A DNA stretch of 38,609 bases from a virus. Its lineage: Duplodnaviria > Caudoviricetes. The notes under the pieces were generated by a model that saw only the letters and a program-made list of their open reading frames with translations, was not told the DNA's origin and searched no databases. Where the stretch lies: positions 1 to 38,609 of IMG/VR virus record IMGVR_UViG_3300048578_000333. One strand, given 5' to 3'. Numbering within the stretch: position 1 is the first letter of the stretch; each line of letters opens with the position of its first letter. Made by a program: the position numbers and the translations under genes. This document shows, piece after piece, positions 25,843 through 33,814 of this stretch.

Positions 25843-28800
25843 TGTTCGAGCACCGCTCCGGCCTGCCCAATGCCTATGACCGTTCCCCGGCGCGACCACT
25901 CGACGCCCGCGTTGTCGTTCCCGAGGGCGTCTACGTCCAAGGCGCTGAGATCAACGAGCTGCAGGCGATCGAGGCGCGGCGCAATCGTCGCGTCGGCAAC
26001 ATGGTCGCGTCGGACGGCGGCCGTATCGACGGCGCGGCCATCGTGCTGGCGATCGATCCGGATGACGCGAGCCAGATTATCGCCCGCCTTGCCGCCGGCG
26101 AGATCTACGCCGCCGGCGACGTCCGTGTCGTTGAGCCTTCGACGATCGCCGGCATCCCCGCCGTCGGCACGTCGACCGTCGGCATTCGGATCGTCACCAC
26201 GCTCATAACCTACGAGACCGATCCGACCCTCGTTGGACTTGGCGTTGGCACCGACGGCGAGGGAGAGCCCGGCGCCGCCCGCGAGGTTGAGACCGCGAGT
26301 TGGTCTCGCGAGGGCGACGGCCGGCCGGGCGACTACTACCCGGTTTACACCATCCGCGACGCGGCGGTTATCGACGAGGCGCTGGCGCCTGACCTCTCGG
26401 GCGTCAAGGCCGTGGTCGCCGAATATGACAAGGACGCGCACGGCAACTACATCGTAAGCGGCTGCGAGGTGACCGCGCTCGGCCTGATCGACGGCAAGCA
26501 GGTGTTTTCGGTCCAGCCGGGTGTTGCCAATATCCGCGGTTACAAGCGGAGCCGGTCCTATGCGCTGCGCCACGCCGAGCCCGAGGCGCCCGACCTCGAA
26601 ACAGTCTCGGCGGAGACGCACCTGTACCCGGCCGATGTGCCGGCGGTGATCACGCTGCGCCGCCCGCCGGCGGCCGACATCAACCAGGTGGTCATTCAGA
26701 AACGCACCACGGAGACGGTTGTGCGCGGCTCGGTCCCCGGCGGCCTTGACGCGCTCGGCCACGGCTCCGTAGTGGCGATCGAGAGCGTCGCCCAGGGCGG
26801 GACGCCGATCGACAACACCGCCTACGCATTGGCTGGCGACAGCGTGTCGTGGGCGCCTGCCGGTACCGAGCCGGCGGCCTCGTCCACCTATCAGGTGACC
26901 TATCGCTACAACGTCGCCGTGGTGCCCGACGCGATCACGCCGACCGCGATCACGATCTCCGGCGGCGTTGCTGGCACCCAGGTGCTCGTGACCTACAAGA
27001 GCAAGCTGCCGAGGATCGACATCCTCTGCCTCTCCGAGACGGGCGATACCGCCTATGTCAAGGGCGTGTCGGCCCGAAAGGGCGCCGTACCGCCGATCGC
27101 GCCGTCCGCGCTGCTCAAGCTCGCCGAGATCCGCAACGGCTGGCTCGACAAGCCGTCCGTCACGAACAACGGCACTCACTCCATCGTGTTCGACCAGCAA
27201 GCCCGCTACAACGGCCGCCTCCGCGACCTGCTCGACGTCGTCAACATCATGGCGCTGGAGCACGACGCTCGGGGCCGATCGGCGTCGATCAAGGGCATGA
27301 TCGTTGACCCGCTGCTCGACGACTATGGTCGCGACCAGGGCGCTCCTCAGACGGCGGCAGTCGTCAACGGTTGCCTGACGCTGGCCGTCGACCTCGTCGG
27401 CACCGTGCTGCTCGCCACCGAGGCGGTGACGCTTCCGTGGGTTGAGGAGGTGGTGGTCGATCAGCTCATGGCGACTAGCGCCATGAAGATCAACCCTTAT
27501 GCCAACTTCGAGCGGCTACCGTCCGACCTGAAGCTCGAGCCTGCGGTCGACTTCTGGACCGACGTCATCACCGAGTGGACTTCGCCGACCACGGCCGAGT
27601 TCACCGAGGTTACCGACGCGGTCCCGGCGGGCACCGTCACCTCAGCCACGGTCATCACGGAGGTTGCCGCCGCCGACCGGACCGAAGTGGCGACGCTGCT
27701 TCGCCAGATTGATGTCACCGCGACGATCGAGGGCTTCCTCGTCGGCGAACGATTAGACGTGCTGACCTTCGACAGCGTGTCGATCCTGCCCGATCCCAAG
27801 CCGGTGGCCGACGCCGCCGGCAAGATTGTCGTCACCTTCACGGTCCCCGCCGGCATTCCGACAGGTGCCCGCCTCGTCCGTGCGGGTGGCGCCGCTGGAT
27901 CGATCGCCGAGGCGCTGTACGTTGGCGAGGGCACCATCACGGTGCAGACGCTGCGGCAGGTGACCCTGGTCACGCGAGCCGTGCAGGCCACGGTGGTCAA
28001 CATCACCAACATCACCACAGTTAGCTCGTTGACGTCACGCGACCCACTGGCTCAGACGTGGCTGTTGTCGGAGGCTCGGCAAATCGTCGGCGCTGACGTC
28101 AAGGTCGCGGCGATCGGCAATGCCGGCCATGGCATCCGGCTGCAGCTCTCTGGCGCATCCGACGGCGTGCCGACCAGCGAGGTTGAAGCGCAGGATTATC
28201 TGCCGATGACCGGCGTATCGGTCGGCGACTGGATGGCAGCGCGGTGGGCAGTGCCCGTGCATGTGCCGGCAGTGGATGAGCGGGCGATCGTCATCCTCAC
28301 CGACGATGACAGCCACGCCCTCTCCATCGCCAAGCTCGGCGACGTGGTCGACAATGCCGATGGCAGCCAGACCGTGGTGGCGGCCCAGCCATCGACCATC
28401 GGCGTGCTGCTCTCATCGAGCAACCGACGCACCTGGACGCCGCACAATGACGCGGACCTGACGCATCGGATCGTCGCGGCTCGCTTCACGACGACCGAGC
28501 GCGTCGTCGACCTCGGCACAGTCGACCTTGTCGACGTGTCGGACCTCGTCATCCGAGCCACGATCGAGTTGCCCACTGACGACACCTCGGTCGAGTTCCG
28601 GGTAGTGCGTGCGTCCGGCGAGATTATCGCCGTCGCGGCCGGTCAGACGATCGAGTTCTCCGAGTACATCACCGAGACGGTGACCATTCGCGCCGTGCTC
28701 AAAGGGACGGCGACGCTGTCGCCCATCCTATGGCCGGGCGTCTCGGTCGGTCTCGGCCGCATCCGCGAGAGCGGCACCTACGTCACCAAGGCGTTCAGCG

Positions 28801-29063
28801 CCAAGGCGGCGCCGGCCACGCTGCGGGCTCTCGCTGCGGCCTACCTGCCAGCTGGATCAGCGATGGCCGCCCACTACGACGCGGCCGACAACGATTGGTC
28901 GACGATGGCGCTCTCCGAGACCGAGACGCTCGACGGAGGTTGGACGGAGCCGGCCTATGAAACCGTCGGCGTCACCGACCCGACACTGCGCGTGCGGCTG
29001 ACGCTCACCGGTGGGCCTGCCGCCCGGCCGCTGATCGCACGTCCCCGCGCTTACACCATCTGA
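25842..29063 (+). CDS. Large baseplate/tail protein, DUF4815-like (1073 aa)
   Basis: VQGAEINELQ, YDKDAHGNYIVSG, PGVANIRG, KINPY, DPLAQTW. Confidence 0.75.
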   Translation: MFEHRSGLPNAYDRSPARPLDARVVVPEGVYVQGAEINELQAIEARRNRRVGNMVASDGGRIDGAAIVLAIDPDDASQIIARLAAGEIYAAGDVRVVEPSTIAGIPAVGTSTVGIRIVTTLITYETDPTLVGLGVGTDGEGEPGAAREVETASWSREGDGRPGDYYPVYTIRDAAVIDEALAPDLSGVKAVVAEYDKDAHGNYIVSGCEVTALGLIDGKQVFSVQPGVANIRGYKRSRSYALRHAEPEAPDLETVSAETHLYPADVPAVITLRRPPAADINQVVIQKRTTETVVRGSVPGGLDALGHGSVVAIESVAQGGTPIDNTAYALAGDSVSWAPAGTEPAASSTYQVTYRYNVAVVPDAITPTAITISGGVAGTQVLVTYKSKLPRIDILCLSETGDTAYVKGVSARKGAVPPIAPSALLKLAEIRNGWLDKPSVTNNGTHSIVFDQQARYNGRLRDLLDVVNIMALEHDARGRSASIKGMIVDPLLDDYGRDQGAPQTAAVVNGCLTLAVDLVGTVLLATEAVTLPWVEEVVVDQLMATSAMKINPYANFERLPSDLKLEPAVDFWTDVITEWTSPTTAEFTEVTDAVPAGTVTSATVITEVAAADRTEVATLLRQIDVTATIEGFLVGERLDVLTFDSVSILPDPKPVADAAGKIVVTFTVPAGIPTGARLVRAGGAAGSIAEALYVGEGTITVQTLRQVTLVTRAVQATVVNITNITTVSSLTSRDPLAQTWLLSEARQIVGADVKVAAIGNAGHGIRLQLSGASDGVPTSEVEAQDYLPMTGVSVGDWMAARWAVPVHVPAVDERAIVILTDDDSHALSIAKLGDVVDNADGSQTVVAAQPSTIGVLLSSSNRRTWTPHNDADLTHRIVAARFTTTERVVDLGTVDLVDVSDLVIRATIELPTDDTSVEFRVVRASGEIIAVAAGQTIEFSEYITETVTIRAVLKGTATLSPILWPGVSVGLGRIRESGTYVTKAFSAKAAPATLRALAAAYLPAGSAMAAHYDAADNDWSTMALSETETLDGGWTEPAYETVGVTDPTLRVRLTLTGGPAARPLIARPRAYTI

Positions 29064-29071
29064 GGATAGCC

Positions 29072-30418
29072 ATGGTCACCGATGCCCGCGAGCCCAGCCG
29101 GGGCTACCACGTCCCGTCAACGGACAACAAGATCTCCGAGGACATGGCGCGCCTGATCCTGGCGCTGACGGCTGTCGGCGTAGATGTCGCGGGCCTCCTG
29201 GAGGAGGTCGCCGGCAAGGCGCCGGCAATACACGGACATCAGATCGCCGACATCATCGGGCTGGCGGCGGCGCTCGCCAACAAGGCGGACGCCGATCACG
29301 TCCACGCACTCGGTGGGCTCAGCGACGTCGACACGGCCGGCGCCGCCGTCTACCAGGTGCTGACGAAATCGATCGACGGGAAGTGGCGCCCGTGGACGAT
29401 CGACCTCGCCAACGCGATTGGCGGCGCTGCCTATGCCCGGCTCGACGGGGCTATGTTCACCGGCGAGATTAAGGTGCCGACGCCTTCAACGGCGGCGGAC
29501 AGCCTCAATGCGGTCAACGTCACCTCGCTCCGGGCGTTTGTTGCCAGTGCCATATCGGCTCTGGTCGCATCGTCCCCTAGCACCTTGGACACGCTCAACG
29601 AGTTGGCCGCTGCGCTCGGCAATGATCCCAACTTCGCGGCAACCATCACTTCCGCACTGGGCAACAAGGCAGCCAAGTCGACCACGATCACCGGTGGGGT
29701 TGGCCTCACCGGTGGCGGTGACCTTTCGGCGAACAGGTCGCTGGCCATCGACTTCGCAACCGATCCGGAGACAGTCGCAGGGCTGCTCACCAACAAAGCG
29801 GCGCCCCCGTCGGGTGTTCATGCGGCCATCGCTGCCGCCCTGGCTGGCTTCTCGGCGGGTGGCATCAAGGGGGTTCGACTAATCACGGCATCCGACAGCG
29901 TGACGCCCTCGGCGGGTGTGACCAAGTGGCTCTACTTCCTCGTTGATGGTGGCTACAACGGCAGCGAGAGCGGGCAAGGCGCTCAATTTAAGGCTGGTAG
30001 CGGCGGGCCGGGAGGCAAGGGCTCCATAGGACTTGTCTCTGTAGACCCAGCTACCGCCTACAGTGTGACAATTGGGGCCCGCAACGGTGGGGCAACGTCC
30101 ATCGTGGTCGGTGGTGTGACCAAGACGTCTACTAATGGCATCCTCAACGTCCCAAGTGCGATCGAGGACAGCCCGGCGCTGGTTTTTAATGCTTCAACCG
30201 ACCCGCGATGGGCCAGAGGGGGGACTGGTGGGCCGGGTCCGTTCGGTTTTGGCACTGGGGGCCCTGGGGCGACCGTTAGTGCCACGTCCAGCTCCAGCTC
30301 GGGCAGCCCTGGAACAGGATACGGAGCGGGGGGCGCTGGGGGGTCTAGCGGAAGCACAGCCGGAAACACGGCTGGGGCGGCCGGCTCCCAAGGCTGCCTC
30401 CTGATCTTGGAGTTCTGA
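29072..30418 (+). CDS. Tail fibre protein with Gly-rich C-terminus
   Basis: HGHQIADIIGL, LDTLNELAAALGNDPNFA, GLTGGGDLSANRSL, Gly-rich tip. Confidence 0.85.
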   Translation: MVTDAREPSRGYHVPSTDNKISEDMARLILALTAVGVDVAGLLEEVAGKAPAIHGHQIADIIGLAAALANKADADHVHALGGLSDVDTAGAAVYQVLTKSIDGKWRPWTIDLANAIGGAAYARLDGAMFTGEIKVPTPSTAADSLNAVNVTSLRAFVASAISALVASSPSTLDTLNELAAALGNDPNFAATITSALGNKAAKSTTITGGVGLTGGGDLSANRSLAIDFATDPETVAGLLTNKAAPPSGVHAAIAAALAGFSAGGIKGVRLITASDSVTPSAGVTKWLYFLVDGGYNGSESGQGAQFKAGSGGPGGKGSIGLVSVDPATAYSVTIGARNGGATSIVVGGVTKTSTNGILNVPSAIEDSPALVFNASTDPRWARGGTGGPGPFGFGTGGPGATVSATSSSSSGSPGTGYGAGGAGGSSGSTAGNTAGAAGSQGCLLILEF

Positions 30419-30843
30419 TGATGCGAACCGGATACATCGTTGAGGATGGCGTCGTGGTCAATGCTATCGTCTTGGCTGACGATACCGACCCGATCGACTT
30501 CGGGGCCGTCCTCGGTCCTGAAGGCGCCAGTATCGGGTGGGCGTTTGATGGCGAGACCTGGACGCCGCCGGAACAGCCTTCGGTTGCCCCCGGCCCAGCC
30601 GCGCTAGCGCCGCTCACCGCCCGCCAGCTTCGGCTCGGTCTCCTCCAGATCGGCATCAAGCCGGCCGACGTGGCCGCCGCAATCTCCGCCCTGCCGGAGG
30701 ATCAGCGAGACGTCGCCGAGATCGAGTGGGACTATGCCAGCGAGTACCGCCGCGACCACCCGCTGATCGCCGCGCTGGGAGCCTCATTCGGCCTCACAGT
30801 CGAGCAGATCGACGACGCCTGGCGTGATGCCATGGCGCTGTAG
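30418..30843 (+). CDS. Tail fibre assembly-associated protein
   Basis: VVVNAIV...IGW; LTARQLRLGL...IEWDYA...RRDHPL...EQID. Confidence 0.7.
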   Translation: MMRTGYIVEDGVVVNAIVLADDTDPIDFGAVLGPEGASIGWAFDGETWTPPEQPSVAPGPAALAPLTARQLRLGLLQIGIKPADVAAAISALPEDQRDVAEIEWDYASEYRRDHPLIAALGASFGLTVEQIDDAWRDAMAL

Positions 30844-30908
30844 ATCGCCGCCCGATATGATCTCGTTGCCGAGGTAATCTGGCGGAATGCCGGGTTGGTC
30901 AGGCGGCA

Positions 30909-31289
30909 TTGGAGACTGTTGTTGTGCTCGGACTGATCGTGTGTGCCTCTCTCGTCGCAGTCGACGGCGACACTCTCCGCTGCGACGGCCAACTTCTCAG
31001 GCTATTGGGCGAAGGCACTCCGTTCGTGAGCGGCATCGACACCGCCGAGCTCAGATCCGCGCGCTGTCAGCATGAGCTGGATCTAGCCCGGCAGGCCAAG
31101 AAGCGTCTCGAGGATCTCGTCGTCGGGAAGCCCGTCCGGATCGTGGCAGAGGGGACCGATCGCACCCGCAACAAGCGACCGCTGGTCAACATCTACCTTC
31201 CTGATGGGCGCGAGGCCGGCCAAGTGCTTCTTGAAGAGGGGCTTGCTCGCGAATGGCACCCCGGTCGGAAAAACGATTGGTGTCGATAG
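30909..31289 (+). CDS. Thermonuclease (SNase-like) protein, moron
   Basis: VDGDTL, LRLLG...GIDTAEL, RPLVNIYL...LLEEGLAREW; hydrophobic N-terminus; start codon uncertain (TTG). Confidence 0.8.
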   Translation: METVVVLGLIVCASLVAVDGDTLRCDGQLLRLLGEGTPFVSGIDTAELRSARCQHELDLARQAKKRLEDLVVGKPVRIVAEGTDRTRNKRPLVNIYLPDGREAGQVLLEEGLAREWHPGRKNDWCR

Positions 31290-31348
31290 GTATCCATCTT
31301 GACGGCCTGAGCGGCCGGTGAGAGCCTGACAGCGCGGCCCCGATTTCT

Positions 31349-31396
31349 CCGCTGCATCTGTGCAGCGGCAGCGCTATGCAGCGCAGGGCGCATCCT
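31349..31396 (+). promoter_or_regulatory. Late promoter 3 (tail sheath operon)
   Basis: CCGCTGCA-TCTG-TGCAGCGG 31349-31368; CATCCT at 31391-31396. Confidence 0.7.
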
Positions 31397-31435
31397 CCCC
31401 GCAAGCTGATTTTCACGCTTTGCGAGGGGTTCCCC

Positions 31436-32689
31436 ATGGTTGCCACCGCGCCCTTTGTTGGCGTCCGCGTCTTTTCCGATCTGTCGTCCAACATCGTCAC
31501 CATCGACGCCCGCGACTCGACCGTCATCGGCATGGTGACACCGGCGCCTGAGGCCGACGTCGAGGCTTTCCCGCTCGACACGCCGGTCGCCATCGACCCC
31601 GAGGATAGCGAACTGGTCAACAAGCTAGGCGACGGCCTCGCCAGGGACGCGGTGTCGCAGATCCTTTCGGAAGGCGTGATCCCTACCCTCGTCTTTTCGC
31701 GCAGCGCACACGCGACCGAGGGTACCGACGACGCCAAGCTCGCTGCCGACATCGGCGCAATCGCGGGCACGGCGGCAGCCAAGACAGGCGTCTACTCGCT
31801 GCTCGAAGCGCAGGCCGTTACCGGCTACAAGCCGGGCCTGATCATCGCCCCCGGCTACACCAGCCAGCGGATCGGCAACCTTAAGAACGCTGCGGCCGTG
31901 TCGATCAACGTCGTCAAGGATATGCTCGTCGATTGTGTTGGTATCGTCGATGCGACGCAGACCAATGACGCCGCCGCCCTCGCCTATGCGGCCGATTTCA
32001 ATACAGCGCTCGGCATGGTGGCCTGCTACCCAGCCGTCGAGGTTTCGATCGGCGGCGAGACGGTCTCACGGCCCATGTCGCCGCACGTCGCGGCCGCCAT
32101 CGTGCGACGCGACAAGGAAGTTGGAACGCCCTTCAAAGCCGCATGGAACAGGCCTCTGAAGGGTATTCTCGGCCTCACGAAATCCATCAGTTACCGCGAC
32201 GGTGACCCGTCCTGTCAGGCCAATACACTGGTCCAGGGTGGCCTCGGCACGGTGATCAATGGTTCGCTCCTCTGGGCGCCGTTCACGACGGCGACCGACC
32301 CGACCGTCAGCGCCTATCGCAGCCTAAAGCGCATCCGCACGCGCCGGGCGATCGAGGCGCGCTTCGCGCCTACCTTGCGCGCCTACCTCTCCGAGGATAT
32401 CGGCCCGCACCTCGTTACACTTCTCAGCCAGACGCTCGCCAACTACTGTGCCGACGCCCAGGCACTCGGCGGCATCATCGGCTACGAGATCGTCTGGTCC
32501 AAGGCGCTCAATGCCGGTCTCAATCTCCGCGAAGGCGTGCTGAGGCTGAAGCTGCGCTTCGAGGAAGGCGCTGACCTCGTCGACCTGCAGATCTTCACCG
32601 AGCCGCAGCCCGAGGCGTTTGACGTGTTGGGCGATCAGATCGCGGCCGCCCTGCAGAACCTGGGCAACGCCAACATCACCATTGCCTGA
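31436..32689 (+). CDS. Contractile tail sheath (P2 FI-like)
   Basis: STVIGMV, FPLDTPV, TGVYSLL, PGLIIAPGY, NRPLKGI; SD GAGGGG. Confidence 0.88.
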   Translation: MVATAPFVGVRVFSDLSSNIVTIDARDSTVIGMVTPAPEADVEAFPLDTPVAIDPEDSELVNKLGDGLARDAVSQILSEGVIPTLVFSRSAHATEGTDDAKLAADIGAIAGTAAAKTGVYSLLEAQAVTGYKPGLIIAPGYTSQRIGNLKNAAAVSINVVKDMLVDCVGIVDATQTNDAAALAYAADFNTALGMVACYPAVEVSIGGETVSRPMSPHVAAAIVRRDKEVGTPFKAAWNRPLKGILGLTKSISYRDGDPSCQANTLVQGGLGTVINGSLLWAPFTTATDPTVSAYRSLKRIRTRRAIEARFAPTLRAYLSEDIGPHLVTLLSQTLANYCADAQALGGIIGYEIVWSKALNAGLNLREGVLRLKLRFEEGADLVDLQIFTEPQPEAFDVLGDQIAAALQNLGNANITIA

Positions 32690-32700
32690 GGAAGATCGGT

Positions 32701-33222
32701 ATGGCCGACAAACAGCAAAACGTCGTCTTCGGCGGCAATCTATGGATGACGAACGACAACTTGGCGCTTTCAGTCGCACGCGGGAAGCTGCCCGACTTGA
32801 CCCGAGCGATGGCCGATATCAGCTCGTCCGGCAGTTATTTCGGGCTGCAGATCCCCGGCGAGATTGAAGCTCTCACCGCCGAGTTCGACTTCAACGGACC
32901 GGACAGGCGCATCCGCGCACGGTTCGGTCGGGAACCCGGTGACTGGACCGAACTCTATTGGTACGAGCGCATCCGTGATCTCGTGAACGGCACGAACATC
33001 GGGCGCGTCGTGTACCTCAAAGGGCTAGTCAACGGCTTGACGTCGGCCGGTACCACCAAGAGCCGCGCCGATGGACCGATGGGAATGCGTTTCACGACGA
33101 TCGTGCATTACGTCGACCGGCAGGATGGGTCAGTGATCCACGAGTTCGACTACTTCAACAACAAGGTGGTGGTCGAGGGCGTGGAGATCTCTGCCGATCA
33201 CAACAGCCTCGTCAACTGGTGA
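32701..33222 (+). CDS. Tail tube (P2 FII-like)
   Basis: Follows sheath; KLPDL, IEALTAEF, HEFDYFNN...VEGV. Confidence 0.85.
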   Translation: MADKQQNVVFGGNLWMTNDNLALSVARGKLPDLTRAMADISSSGSYFGLQIPGEIEALTAEFDFNGPDRRIRARFGREPGDWTELYWYERIRDLVNGTNIGRVVYLKGLVNGLTSAGTTKSRADGPMGMRFTTIVHYVDRQDGSVIHEFDYFNNKVVVEGVEISADHNSLVNW

Positions 33223-33653
33223 CCGACATGACTGACCACACGACCGCCCGCCCGCCGACCGCCCCCAGCGGCGATCCCACCACGTATCCGCTGCCGCCGG
33301 CAGCGGTGGTCGAGGAAATGCTCAAGCAGGAAGATGTGACCGCTCCCGCCCGGCCGCTCCCGGAGCCGGCCAAGCTCAACTTCCTCGGCGATAAGCCCTG
33401 GTCCAAAACCATCACGCTCGATTTTCCCTTCGAGCACGAAGGCCGCGTGGTCACTGAGATCACAGTGACCCGCCTGACCACTGCAGCGATGGGCAAAGTG
33501 GTCGACAACCTGGGCGAGGGGTTCACACGTTGGGACCTGATCGCGGCGATTGCCGGATTTCCCGTCGAGGTACTGCGCGGCTTGGAGGCTGGCGACGGTG
33601 ACGCGGTGATGGAGGTCGCCCTCGATTTTTTGCCAAAAGCCCTGAAGGGCTGA
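33219..33653 (+). CDS. Tail assembly chaperone (P2 gpE / Mu gp41-like)
   Basis: ITLDFPF...EITVTRLT...LEAGD; ends with slippery GAT TTT TTG. Confidence 0.85.
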   Translation: MTDMTDHTTARPPTAPSGDPTTYPLPPAAVVEEMLKQEDVTAPARPLPEPAKLNFLGDKPWSKTITLDFPFEHEGRVVTEITVTRLTTAAMGKVVDNLGEGFTRWDLIAAIAGFPVEVLRGLEAGDGDAVMEVALDFLPKALKG

Positions 33654-33814
33654 GCGCTCTGCAATGGCGCGGCTACGCCGGCCGCGTCGCTGCCACTCTG
33701 TCGACGCCGATCGACGTCGTGCTCGCCATGGAGTGGGCCGACATGTGCGCTTGGTACGAGGTCGCACGTGAAATTGATCGTGAGACCTGGGGGCTCTGGA
33801 GGAATAATCCGTGA
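33626..33814 (+). CDS. -1 frameshift extension of the tail chaperone (gpE+E')
   Basis: T6G at 33626-33632; the -1 frame stays open to TGA 33812-33814, which overlaps the TMP GTG; LAMEWADMCAWYEVA motif. Confidence 0.8.
   Translation, partial: FFAKSPEGLSALQWRGYAGRVAATLSTPIDVVLAMEWADMCAWYEVAREIDRETWGLWRNNP

Noticed and set aside
25557-27263. 568-aa minus-strand ORF, plus many other long minus-strand ORFs (e.g. 4013-4870, 8392-9294, 13132-14010, 37626-38408)
   Set aside because: Antisense shadows of well-supported + strand genes, expected in high-GC DNA; no protein motifs
29072-31300. Invertible G-segment or diversity-generating retroelement for fibre variation
   Set aside because: No invertase, reverse transcriptase, inverted repeats or duplicated variable region seen
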